Source: Gekko japonicus (taxonomy: Eukaryota). From it: a DNA stretch of 64,000 bases. A program made the translations under genes and the position numbers. Every line of letters begins with the position of its first letter. Positions within the stretch are counted from its first letter, which is position 1. This document shows positions 49,401-61,810 of this stretch, one piece after another. The notes beneath the pieces are model-generated. The model was not told the origin of the DNA, ran no database searches, and was given only the letters and a program-made list of their open reading frames with translations. The stretch covers positions 20,201-84,200 of the forward strand of contig NW_015160215.1 of NCBI RefSeq assembly GCF_001447785.1. The letters are read 5' to 3'.

Positions 49401-49675
49401 CTTTGGTGTAGTGGTTAAGTGTGCGGACTCTAATCTGGGAGAACCGGGTTTGATTCCCCACTCCTCCACTTGCACCTGCTGATGTGACCTTGGGTCAGTC
49501 ACAAGCTCTGGCACAGCTGTCCTTGAAAAAGAGCAGTTTGTGTCAGAGTTCTCTCAGCCCCACCGACCTCACAGGGTGTCTGTTGTGGGGAGGGGAAGGG
49601 AAAAGGAGTTTGTAAGCTGCTCTGAGACTCCAAGTGAAGGGCGGGGTATAAATCCAATATCTTCTTCTTCTTCTT
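49401..49675 (+). mobile_element. Squam3-like tRNA-derived SINE
   Basis: TTTGGTGTAGTGGTTAAG (A box) ... GGTTTGATTCCC (B box); (CTT)n tail. Confidence 0.88.
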
Positions 49676-50024
49676 GGATGAGAGAAAATACCTGTTTGAT
49701 GCCATCATAGCCCAATTCATAAGCAATTCCAGAGTCCTTCCTATCCTCATATGCCACTCGATTTCTTTTGAACAAAGACAGATAACCATTCATGTTCCAA
49801 AAGACATCCCATTCATTTGGACAAAGATGACCCTTGTGAGCCCAGATGTCACCCCTCTCCTTTAGAGAAGGCCATACTGTTGTCAGTGGGTGACTCTACT
49901 GAATTTTTTCTATTGAGGGAGAAGGACAAGAAAGATACCAGTGGTGTTACCCAAAATAGGCATTAATTGAGGGAAATTAGCTTAAAGGAGACAAGCTAGA
50001 GGGAGTAACAGGGTTCTCCACCAA

Positions 50025-50500
50025 TGTATACCCGGGTTATTCCCGTACAGAACTCAGAATAAACCAGTCAGATGCTCAACTAGACGTTTTATTGAAAAAT
50101 AATAAAAGGTAAAAACATACAAAAACACGCTAGGTAAGAGAAAATAAAGGGAGGAGCCGGGAGATAGAGTTAGAAGATGTTATATTTATCAGTCTAGAAG
50201 CTTGAAGTCCATGGAGACTGTGAAATGACTAACATTTCACAGAAAGTGCCTACACACATGGGGGGTGTTGTAGGTGTCAAGAACACACACAACACACAAA
50301 TGAAGTAGAGTGCTTATATTTATAGGGGCTATGTTTATGTGACCACCTTATGATTGCCCCAAAACAATAGATTGATTGCTCTTTCTGGGGACGATCAAAG
50401 ATTGCCAGGGTTTGGCATGTTGATGTGAACATTTCTTGATGACCCTCAAAATACTTTCCCATTCTTAGCCCAGGCTGTGCCCTGCACATACAATTTTAGG
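50025..50500 (-). mobile_element. Possible LTR-like remnant
   Basis: Begins TGTA; TTTATT (minus-strand AATAAA) and TATATTTAT arranged like a minus-strand LTR; ends and TSD not resolved. Confidence 0.3.
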
Positions 50501-50960
50501 GCGATATTACGGAAAGGGGGTATCTCTCTCTCTCTAAGTGTAAATTACCCCTAACCAAGAGGGAGGGTCTGACTTATGGTTGCAAGGTCCCATCTTCTCC
50601 CTGGTGGGGGGATTTATGGGCATTCGGGAGGGGGAGGAGCCGACCCCAATGCAGTGACATCATGTAGAGTGACATCATTACATTTGGGATGTAGCATTGG
50701 GCTGTCCCCAATGCAGTGACATCATGTAGAGTGACATCATGATGTTGGGGATGTGCACGCCCCCCATTTTTTCCCCTCTCTGCCTTTCCTGTGAGAAATT
50801 TCCCCCTTCCAGGCAAAAAAAAATAATCACACACACACGTGCCCCTAGATGTCCCTCAGCCCAGCCTCAGGCAAGAGCCCCGCTGTGCCACAGTCACCAG
50901 CCAAACTCTGCCCAGGAGGCAAGGCGACCAGTCCCAGGCACTTCCTGTCCCTGTGGATTT

Positions 50961-51035
50961 TAGAATCATAGAATCATAGAGTGGGAAGGGGCCATACAGA
51001 CCATCTAGTCCAACCCCCTGCCAAATGCAGGATTG
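50961..51035 (-). mobile_element. CR1 3' terminal fragment
   Basis: TAGAATCATAGAATCATAGAGTGGGAAGGGGCCAT..CATCTAGTCCAACCC is the reverse of the CR1 tail at ~10000-10039; a similar piece lies at ~56948-57000. Confidence 0.8.
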
Positions 51036-53050
51036 AACAGTTGCCACCTGCCATCCTCTTGTACGCAGCAGCTCCAGGACATGGTGCTGATTTCAAGGAC
51101 CCCTCACTTCCGAGGAAAACTTACTTGTATAGATGGAGAAGATGGAGAGAAAGAACGAGCTGCACTTTCAGCCTTGCTTCACTGGAGCCTCCAGAGGTAC
51201 AATTGCTCACTCACTCCCAGCCTCGGCTGCCAGTTAGAGCACACACCCTCGCTCACACCAAGGAACCTCCCTTCCCTTCCTTTCTCTTTCCTGCCCTGTG
51301 AATGAGATTAGCCGGTGTGCATCCTAGGCTCAAGAGCTGCTGAGCCACATTCCGGCATGCTCAGTCAGCTGATCTTCTTGCTGTGGAAAGAACCATCATG
51401 AGAGGAAGACAGGGGGAGGGAAAGTGCCAGTGAAAGGAGACAAATGGATGCGGGCATGTGTGGGGCCTCAGATGACTGTTGGGGTGAGGCTTCCCCCCAC
51501 CAGCCAGTTGGCTGGCATCTGGGGGGAGCCACCAATACCAGGGGACCCCCCGCCCCCACCTGGGGGCTGGCACCCCTAGTCCGACTGCTAACAGGGGTGA
51601 ATCTGCATACACCAATAAGCCTTAATGAGAGAAGTTGTGCTTTTTTAAATTGAGGTAAAACATTTAAAAGAAACCTTGCTTCATCTTTGCTGGTATCTTT
51701 TTGAAATTGCTTGTATTTTTTAAGATATGTGGCATTGATTTTAATTGAGACTTTTATTTATAGTAATTTATTTTAGTTTAGTGGTATTAAAAAGCTGGTT
51801 AGCACAGGGGGAATATTCTCCTTTCCCCACTCATCTGTAAGTTTAATTAAAATGGTGAGTGGGTGGATAAATGTAATGAAAGTGGTTCTGTTTTGTTTAT
51901 GAAAATCATAACAAGGTTCTCCTGTGTTTATAGCCATTTTACAAACATATTCTGAAATACCTTATTCAGCATCATAGAGGCAGGATGGTATTTGAAAAGC
52001 CTCTTATTCAGAAATTCTTTTCCACTGCTTGCAAAATATTCATCTAAAGCAGTATTTAAGTACAGTATCTTATTAAACCATTGACTGGTGTTTCACAGTG
52101 ATAAGCTCCCATTTTACATCTATTGAGAGAAACCACATATCGCTTTCAAAGATTGATCTAATCTCAAGGACAAAATGGTTCATTAATTCGAAACAATCGC
52201 TGCTATTAAGACTTACTAACACCACAGTACAAATTTCCTTGAAGAAAATTAGAATATTTTATCAATGTAGTTGGTGAACTTTTACGGATTTTTAAGGCTC
52301 TCCAGTTATTTCAGCAAGTTTATTTATTTACATATTTATATACCAGTTTTCTCCCCAATGAGACCCTAAATGGCTTGCAACACAACACCCCCCTTTTATC
52401 AGAAATTTGGATTGGAGCCAGATTGAACTGGCAATTTCTGCTGGTTCCACTTCCTGCTGCAGACCCCCATCTTGTAATTTCTCAGAGTTCCCTATCCCTG
52501 TGAGTAGCATTTCATGGAGATCAGTGGTCCAATGGGAGGCAAGAATTTTTCCATTGGAAATTTCAGTCTGGATTCCAACTGTCTGTGAGATAGGTTAGAT
52601 TGAGAGTGATTGGTCTAAAACCACACAGTAAATTTCATAGCAGATTGGGATTCCGACACTCTAATCACCACACAATGCTTGCATTGGAAAACAGCTGTCT
52701 GATGACAATGCATATGGCCCAAAGACAACTATTTTGTTGAAAACATTTGTGGTTAATCTCCAACCTAATTTTCAGTTTTCTGTGCCAAAAATAAACTATC
52801 ACAGTCTTCAATGGAATTACAGTGAGGTTTCATTAAACTAGTTGAAGCATGCAGTAGTTTGTGGTGATTCAAGTGGTGCATCTTAGTATACTATAGGTTT
52901 CCTCCCATATTGTAGAAAGGTGGAGAAGAAGACAAATTGCATCTTGGCAGGAAAGCTATTAGAACAACTGGCTTCAGTAATCAATTCAATATGGAATAAC
53001 ACTGCTTGCTTTTCACTCCTGGGTCAATCTACATAGTTTCATGCTTGAGT

Positions 53051-53382
53051 TAAAGGTAAAGGTTTCCCTTGCTCGAAAGCTAGTTGAAGCCAACTCTAGG
53101 GGGCGGTGCTTATCTCCGTTTCCAAGCTGAAGAGCCAGTGCTGTCTGAAGACGTTTCCGTGGTCATGTGGCCAGCATGACTAAACGCTGAGGCGCACGGA
53201 ATGCTGTTACCTTCCCACCGAAGCGGTACCTATTTATCTACTTGCAATTTCTTGCTTTTGAACTGCTAGATTGGCAGGAGCTGGGGCCAGAGATGAGAGT
53301 TCACTCCATCATGTGGCACTAGGGTCTTGAACTGCCGAACTACAGACCTTCCAGTCTGCAGCTCAGCATCTTAACCTCTGAG
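53051..53382 (-). mobile_element. Sauria SINE
   Basis: (AAAGGT)n tail; close to 33357-33688. Confidence 0.9.
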
Positions 53383-53752
53383 TGTCAGCTAATGCTGCCA
53401 TGGGTTGGAATGTGTGGGTTGCTCTCTCTTTCTCTCTCTGCTTCTCTCTCCCATCCCCTGCGCCTTCTCGCCTCTGCTCTGTTATCTGTCTGTTGTCCTT
53501 GAAGGCTCGGCTCCGCTGGAACCTCTTTTTCCCGCTGGGAATGTAACTGCTGTCTTTTTGCCTGCATTTGCAGGTGCTTGCTCATTGGTTTCACTGTATC
53601 AGAGGGTCTTGTTTGAAGGGGGTATATCTATACATGCTAGCCTTTATCCCACCATTCCTGACACGAGAGTTCATGATGTTCTGAGTACTAACTCTCAATA
53701 AACTGGATCTTCTGAAGGAACGTTGTTGAGTGTTTGACTGGGAAGCCTGACA
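53383..53752 (+). mobile_element. Solo LTR (370 bp) inserted at the head of the Sauria SINE
   Basis: TGTCAG...CTGACA termini; AATAAA at ~53697; 5-bp TSD CTGAG / CTTAG. Confidence 0.75.
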
Positions 53753-54158
53753 CTTAGCACCGATTGTTTAAACCTGCTTGCATGCTGAAGAAAGGAATTG
53801 CTTTGTTGTCTCAGGGCATAGATTATTTTTTCACTTTAGGAACTAGTTTTTGGTGCTGTGCTTCATTCGAACCTAGTAAAAGACTTTATTTACTTTATTT
53901 ACATTATTTATCGTCCGCCTTTTTTACTTGAACTCAAAATGGATTACAACAGAGTGCGTCAATACAGTCAACAGGATGGGACATTCAATCCAATGGAATT
54001 AGAGTTGTAGAACCAACCAGAAGTCTAAAAAGTAAACTGAAGCAAAGCATTAAGTATTAACATGACACATTAAATGATGCAAAAATTACAGAGTAGGATC
54101 CTAGTTTCAGCAAGCTATACCCAGTAGTATATACAATAGTCCCTAATAATTTATCCAA

Positions 54159-54537
54159 GGTCCCAGTCACACGGGCCGGATGATGCGGGGGGGGAGGCGT
54201 GGCTATTTGCGCCGTCACAATTTGATGCGCCCCAACGTGATCAGACGCGACAGCATTGTTTCCATCGGCGGGTGTTTCCGGCGCACTCCAACCAGGACGC
54301 AGGGATGCGAGAGGAGCGCTCTGGAGCGATCACACAGAGAGCGTCTGTCTGCAGCCCGTCGCAAACGGTTGATAGTGGATTTTCCCAGGTACTTTTAAAC
54401 TCCGCATCTTCGTCCGGACGATACTGGTTGGCGACGGGTGCGCAACGCTTACCAGATGTTTCCGTGTGATTGCACCGATATAATCCGCCCAAGCAATTGT
54501 GGCTCTCCCGCAGCAACTTCTGCGTGTGACCGGGACC
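54159..54537. mobile_element. PIF/Harbinger-like MITE, CpG-rich (young)
   Basis: TIRs GGTCCCAGTCACACG / CGTGTGACCGGGACC; 3-bp TSD CAA (54156-54158, 54538-54540). Confidence 0.82.
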
Positions 54538-55655
54538 CAAGTAACTTTGCTCACCCTACACTTTGCCATGACAGCTTTGCTCATCAGAGCAGGATCTTCT
54601 GCAGGTGCCAACCTGCAAATGCACAAAATGCACAACTGCCCGTACACATGCCTTCTCTGTTATGGCCCCTGCCTTATGGAATGGCCTGCTTGAGGAGGTC
54701 AGGAAATCTCCTGGCTTTCTGCAAATTATGCAAAACAGAATTATTCGAGAAGGCTTTTCTACACAGGGAATAGAGGCATACTGTCCTAAATGTTTCATAA
54801 AGTTACTTGGATAAATTATTGGGGACTGTGGTCTGTACTACTGAATGAGGGCAAATGATTTACAATATATAAACTATGGCTGATACAAAATGAGTGTGGG
54901 AGCACAGTGAACGTTTTTTCTCCTTGGAAAATGTGTTCATTGTTGTGGGTTCTGTGCAGTCTCACATTTGGCCACTGTGCAGCCAGATGTGGAGAAAATA
55001 TGTGAACTTCACTTCCTGTATCAGAGAGGGACTTTAGTGCTTGACAATGTTGTGCATGGGTTCCCAGATGTCATATTGGGTGGTGTACATGCTTACTTAA
55101 AACTTACAGTGAATTTACTTGCCTTTTTTCTTTCAAAAATAACTCAAGCGGCTTACAATATTAATTAAAATGCAATTAAAATACAACAAAAACATACAAT
55201 TAAAAGTAAATGAGCAGGAAGTAACCAACTATATATTGGGCCAATTGCTTATTCAAAGCCACAGGGCATGAACAATGGGCTAAATGCCAAAAGCCACAAG
55301 CCCTTTGGGCTTGTGCCCCAGGGTTAGTGCCTCTGGCCTCCACTGTTTATGTCTGAAAACAGGAAGAACAGGGGGAAAGCACAGGTTGTTTGTTTCTTTA
55401 GAACATTTCTATGTCACCTTGTCACCCATTTCAGTGTTCTAGAATGGTGAATATTAAAACATTGGAACATTTGAGATACTAAACACACACACACACATAG
55501 AGTATTTAAACACAGAGTATTTAAAAACATAATATAAACTCATACACACAAACAAAACCCTGTGATTAACTATGACTTCCCTATCTGCCCTTGCTACTCA
55601 TAGAGTCTCTGGTCATGAGGTGATCTGGAAAGCAGATGACTGTGGGCAGTGGCAG

Positions 55656-55868
55656 TAGGGTTGCCAGGTCTGGGTTGGAAAATACTTGGAAACTTGGGGG
55701 TGGATCTGGGAGAGGGTGGGGTTTGGGGAGGGGCCTCAGCATGGCACAATGCCATAGAGTCCACCCTTCAAAGCAGCCATTTTCTCCAGCGGAGCTGATC
55801 TCTGTCAGCTGGAGATCAGTTGTAAAAGCGGGGGATCTCCAGGCCCCACCTGGAGGCTGGCAACCCTA
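55656..55868. mobile_element. hAT MITE (TAGGGTTGCCA family), complete copy
   Basis: TIRs TAGGGTTGCCAG / CTGGCAACCCTA; perfect 8-bp TSD AGTGGCAG (55648-55655, 55869-55876). Confidence 0.9.
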
Positions 55869-56842
55869 AGTGGCAGTGCTATGAGCCCCCACCCTTTGAA
55901 AGATGGGGAAGGCTATTCTGTCCCTGGCTCCTGAGGCACAGAGTCCCCACCTTCTTTCCTAGAAAACGGACAGGACTGTCGTTATGTTAGACCCATGGGT
56001 ACAAGAAGGGATTGCTCTTTGTACTTAGAAAGGAATCATGGACTCCCAGGGGTCTCCAAAACCTGGTTTGAGGAATGCTTATCTACTGCATACATTCATT
56101 TGGTGAACCCCAGAATTAGTGTTTCTGTCCCTGTAACCATTACAAGTTTTCAGTTCAATTTTCTTTCAATTCTGTTTCCAGCTGACATAACCTTTTATTG
56201 GAAATTATTTCCCCATAGTAATCTCAAAGGTTTAAATTTTTATTCACTACATAGTTGTTTCCATTCTAACTGATTTAGGTTAATATCAGCAATAACACTT
56301 ACCTATTCCCTGATGCCCCAGTGGTTTCCACAGCAGTTTGTACACTTATTCTTTTTTGTTTCCTCAGACACGATGCCTACATAGAATTTTTCTTCTGAGT
56401 GCTATCTCCACAGTTGTCCTGTCCTCATTATCTTTCAGACTTTGTTTTCTCTCTTCTTTTTGTTGCTCCTGATTATAGACTCTAGCAAAATGGTTGTGTT
56501 CTTACATGCACACATGAACTAACAGTATTGAATCATTATTTATTTTAAGACCGGAGTTTAAGGTATTTGTTTTATTTATTATTTCCTTATTTTTTTAATT
56601 TAAAAAAGAAAATGTACATATTTACATGTATGTGGCAAAGTTTGTCCTCTCAGTCTGGTTTAGTTGCTTGCTATTAAAAATATTAACTGCCTCAGGACCT
56701 GCAACCTGCTTGTCTTTTTAATCTTCACAGCCTGCTTTCTCTGTGTCTGTTACTACTTTGTCTGAGGCCGCATTAAAATAGCAAACTTAACTGCAGGTAA
56801 GTTAAGTTGTGTCTTGAACTCAGCTTATTGTTGGATTCACAT

Positions 56843-56947
56843 GTAGGGCTGTCAGCTCCAGGTTGGGAAATACCTGGAGATTTCAGGGGTGGAGTATGAA
56901 GATGGTGGGGGTGGGGGTTGGGGAGGAGAAGGGAGTTCAGTGGGGTA
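56843..56947. mobile_element. Partial hAT-type MITE (TAGGGTTGCCA family)
   Basis: TAGGGCTGTCAGCTCCAGGTTGGGAAATACCTGGAGATTT, truncated by a CR1 tail fragment. Confidence 0.65.
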
Positions 56948-58559
56948 TAATCATAGAGTTGGAAGGGACCTCCAGGGTAATCTAGTCCAACCCTCTGAAG
57001 CAATGAACATACATATGTGACTCGGCTCTGTATGATTTTGTAGTTACTGTATTGTATGAAAGGGAAAGAGAATCCTTGGGCTAGCAACAGGTCATAGTCC
57101 ACAACAAGGCTCAATCTAGGCTTGCTAGCCCCCAAGTCCAAGCGGGGATCCTCTGCTTTTGGGGGCTTCTCACTGCCACAGACCTGCTGGCTGGTGGAGG
57201 AAAACCTGCCCCTAAACAGCTATGTCGCCATGCGACACCCCCAGTGCAATGACATCACCCAAAAGTGACATCATTGTGCCAGGACATCACATGGGGATGC
57301 TCTGTTTTTGGGGGCAAAACTCTATGATTTGAGGGCGAATTTACCATAGACTTTCACCTAAAAACCAGAGCATCGCTGATGCAATGACACCACTTCTGGG
57401 TGATGTCATCACATCATGCGATGTCCCCACACACCCCCAGAATGCCCCCCAAATCCCCCCCCCCAGATTGACGAGGGGACCTAGGACAATCACAGAATCT
57501 GTTTTAAATACTCTGGCAAGAAAAACAAAAAAGTATGTGTTTTTCAGCATTCTCTTCATCACTAAGAATAAAAATTGATAGCTTTTCTTCAAACTTAGGA
57601 GAGAAAGGCATAGCTTCAAGGAAGCTTGAGCATCCTTTTTTTAAGAAATAAAACTTAGATCACTGACAAGGTCTTAAATGGGGAGGAAAAAGTGTTTCCA
57701 CTATAGATAATTTAGAAAGGATATAATACAGGTTTAGAAATCCCTGAATTAAAAATGTATGAATATCTTCTAATACCACTTTTCCCCTCCCTCTGTAAGC
57801 ATAAAAATCTAAGGACATAAGAAAGGGCCTGATAAATCAAGTTAAAGGTTTTCTTGTTTTTGACAGTGATCAGTCAGAAGCTTTCAGGAAACCTATGAGT
57901 TTCAGTGGATGGAACTAATATTTCTATACTGCTGATGGCTCCCAAAAAATAGGATTCATAGTATTACTGTCTTCGGGGAGGTTCCCTTTAGTTATCCTAG
58001 CTTTACCCATTAGTAGACCAAACTTCCACAAATTTGTCTGTTCTCCCTTTAAAGCTATTTGAGGCAGGGCCATCACTACACCTTTTAGCTGCAAAATCCA
58101 TAAACTAATTATGGCTATCTAACTTGGCTGGAATTCCGGCATACCTATATTTCTTCTTTGTCTTTGATGTGGGAAAATTACATGCAGCAATGCAGCAATT
58201 CTGATTTAAATTATTTGTTTAAAACATTTTGAAGCCATTTATGACTTTAGACTTATGAATACAGTGTTAAAATAATTTTTCTAGATGCATATTGAATGTT
58301 CTTTTGATTATGGCATAGTCTCTTCTGCGTATAGTGCATTCCTATAGTTGGAGTTATCACTTTCTCAATCAGTGCATTGATAACTTATCAGTTATTTGTC
58401 TTATAGATATGGCATCTGTCAATTCTGTTTATTGACATTATGCTTTCTGAACTCATATTTCTGTATTTCACTTTTTTATTGAACATTTACTTGCAGGTGT
58501 TTGAACTGTCTGAATTCATTGCTGTCCGTTAGTGAATTGCTGATTCAGTGTTAGACTGT

Positions 58560-59545
58560 CATAAGAACATAAGAGAAGCCAATGTTGGATCAGGCCCAGG
58601 GCTATTTTTGAGAACGCACAGGAACGGAGTTCCGGCTGGCTTCAGAGTTGGCCATGGCCACTACAGCCAAAACCTCTGCATGCGTGGCTATACAGGGAAG
58701 GCCTGGAGAGCAACACCCCCAGCGACTCCGAAGCGGGCGAGCAAGGCCCCCCCCTGGAAGGATCGGGGAGGCATTTAAATACCTCCCCGTGCCTTCCCCG
58801 GTCTGTCCAAGGGCCGACTTGCCCGGGCAAGCCAAGGGAAGGCATGGGGGTGTGGCCTAATCTGCTAATGAGCTGTGATATCAGGGGTGTGGCCTAATAT
58901 GCTAATTAGTTTCTGCTGTTGGGTGTGGCCTATTATGCTAATGAGTTCCTGCTGGGCTTTTTCTACAAAAAAAGCCCTGATCAGGCCAATGGCCCATCTA
59001 GTCCAACACTCTGTTACAAAATACCAGGTGCCATTAGGAGGTCCAGCAGTGGGGCCAAGACACTAGAAGTTCCTATCTATACCTCCATATGCTTATCTAA
59101 TTCCCTCTTGAAGCTGTCCATGCTTGTAGCCGCCGCCACCGCCTGTGGTAGTGAATTCCATGTTTTAATCACTCTTTGGGTGAAGAAGTACTTCCTTTTA
59201 TCTGTCCTAACCCAACTGGTCAGCAGTTTCATTGAGTGCCCACCACGAGTACTTGTATTGTGAGAAAGGTAGAAAAGTACTTCTTTCTCTACCTGCTCTA
59301 TCCCATGTATAATCTTATAAACCTCAATCATGTCACCCCTCAGCCGTTGTTTCTCCAAGCTAAAGAGTCCCAAGCGCTTTAATCTTTTTTCATAGGGAAA
59401 GTGTTCCAACCCTTTTCTCATTATAGTTGCCCTTTTCTACACTTTTTCCAATGCTATAATATCCTTTTTAAGGTGTGATGACCAGAACTGTACACAGTAC
59501 TGGCTGATTTGTTTTGAGTTCCCTTCCTAATAATCCCCAGCATAG
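58560..59545 (-). mobile_element. CR1 LINE 3' portion (same subfamily as 1-654), interrupted by a hAT MITE
   Basis: CATAAGAACATAAG tail on + strand; minus ORF 59077-59421 nearly matches the ORF at 160-429. Confidence 0.93.
58597..58979. mobile_element. hAT MITE nested in the CR1 3' UTR
   Basis: TIRs CAGGGCTATTTTTG / CAAAAAAAGCCCTG; perfect 8-bp TSD ATCAGGCC (58589-58596, 58980-58987). Confidence 0.9.
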
Positions 59546-61506
59546 CGTTATGTCCTTTCACATGAAAAGTTAAAATGTATTTTCATAGTAGGTAGATGGT
59601 ATATTATAAGCATCGTCTGTACTATTTGAAGAGAGTGTTTTGACTTGGGCTGACTTTTTATTTTATCATTATTACTATTATTAGCTTGAGGTGTTGACAT
59701 TGCTGACACACTTCAGAGAACTACTTGAAGTTTTATCTATTCTATTCCTTCATGCTGAGGCCCACTTAAAGCAAGTGCTGTTTTGTTAAACTAAAAGCCG
59801 TTTAACCACATGAATATTATAAAGTTAATGAGAAAAATTTCAAATGCTTGTGTTAAGAATATTTCTATCATGCTACTGTATTAAATTAACTTACTCATGA
59901 AAAATGAAGAGTAAGTTTACTATTGCTGGAACTAGAGTAGAAGTGTTCTGCTTAGCTAGGTCATATTTTTATAGAACATATGCTTATTATTTTCCTCTAG
60001 GATCAATACTTTCTCTGGTAACATAGACAATGTATAAACCTTTAGTGGACTTCTTCACATGGTCCAGAGGGAGGTGACAAAAATAGTAGCTACTAACTAG
60101 GATGCTATTGTTTAGTTACAGCTGTGGTAGGAAAGAGAGTTCCATGTATTTTACTGTGATTTTTCAGTATGGCTTACAAAATTGTCCTTCTCCTTATTGA
60201 GGTAATTGATGATAGATATTTGTTAGGATATAAAATGAAATTTAAAATTCATTTTTAGTTTTCTGTTGCCAGTCAATGGACTTTCATGGAAAATAATCAG
60301 CAGATGCTTGCTGTCATGAAATGTGGTATGTAGAATGGGGGAAATGGCAGGAATCCCAGGGCACAAGCAGGTTGGACAGTTACCTGTTGGTTCATGAGCA
60401 AATCATTCTTATGGACTATTACCCTGTGCTATCAGGCACATATATATGTATTTGGCTCTTCCTAGCCCATTTCCCTAAGGACGCGGGATGGGCGGGATGG
60501 GCGGGATACAAATGCGAAAAATAAAAATAAATAAATATAACCAGCAATTGAACCCAGGGCATCATATATGCTAATCATTTGTCATTCTGCTGTTATGTGA
60601 CTCTACATATTCCCATTCAGTACTGAAGTTCTTATGTTGGAATGTGCCTGGGATCCCTGGATTCCATTCATAATGCTAGCAACATAATGGAAAATCCCTG
60701 GGAAATATCGAAGGAGCATTATGGCTTATCCTTATATTTCTGTGGTTATTGGTTAGCTTACTTTTCTGCTCAAGAGTTGAGGGAGGCTTGCTATACTGGT
60801 GCCATTGCCTAGTTATATGAGCCCAAAACTGAGTTAGACATCATAGAGGCCATATTTATATCTTCCCAGGGTGTGATTCAAGCATAGTATGTTTCCCTCT
60901 TAATTGCATTACCCTTTTACACTAAGCTACATATAGCTCCACAGTATTGCCCTTTAGTCTTCCTTTTATAGCATACAGTCTTCCTTACTCTTATGGCTCC
61001 ATCCCCTTTCCTTAATAATGGGTTATTCCTTCCACAGACATCAATATTAAAATGCTGACTTTAGTCATATTCACATTGTCTGTGGGACTTCAGCCCTTGT
61101 CTTGAGAAAAGTGTGTTTCACATACAACTGATAGTAGATAGGATCATGACCACCTTACGGCAGCAATAGCACTAGAACAGCAGACACTCAGCATAGAATG
61201 ATTTTAGAATTAAGCTGTAAGTGTACTTAATTTGCATCTGCAGTAACAAAGGGCAGCCCATAGCCACAGGGGAACACTTGGGGGCAAATTCCCCCCCACA
61301 GATGAGCACTGTCCCCTCAGACAATTTTTTTTAATCAATTTTTTTTAAAAATGTAATATGTCCGTGGGGTTTCCAAAATTTTATTTTTTTCTGACCTGAA
61401 AAACAAATAGGTTTTTTTTAAAAAAAATAAATCCGAAAATAAAATAAAATAAAATTGCAAAATGCAAAAGAGAGAGAGTTGGAGATTCCCCCCCACGCCA
61501 AAAACA

Positions 61507-61517
61507 NNNNNNNNNNN
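61507..61517. other. Assembly gap (N run)
   Basis: Run of N. Confidence 1.
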
Positions 61518-61810
61518 AGACCGTGTGTGTGGCCATTTCACCACGCGGCCATGCGAAGCAACCGAGCTTCGCTCTCAGTAACAATGGGACAAGTGGATCC
61601 TAGCCAGCGCCTATCAGCAGGCTAGGCTCCCGGCCAAGAGCCTATGGAACTCTCGGCCACTGTAAATAGCCAATCACTTCTGTGTGGGTGTGTTTGGGGA
61701 GCGGGGTTTGTGCACATATAAACCATCCTGCGAGCTGGGTACTCTCGTCTTGTTCTGAGCTGAAATAAAGTATGAGAGCTGAAATCACTAGTAAGTCTCA
61801 GGTCTTTTCA
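61518..61810 (+). mobile_element. LTR-like fragment (3' part)
   Basis: CCAAT (~61670), TATAAA (~61717) and AATAAA (~61764) in order, ending ..TTTTCA; 5' end lost in the gap. Confidence 0.45.

Noticed and set aside
49401-49470. tRNA-like sequence with A and B boxes (also ~41400-41461, ~10489-10560)
   Set aside because: These are SINE heads continuing into SINE bodies and microsatellite tails; no complete cloverleaf
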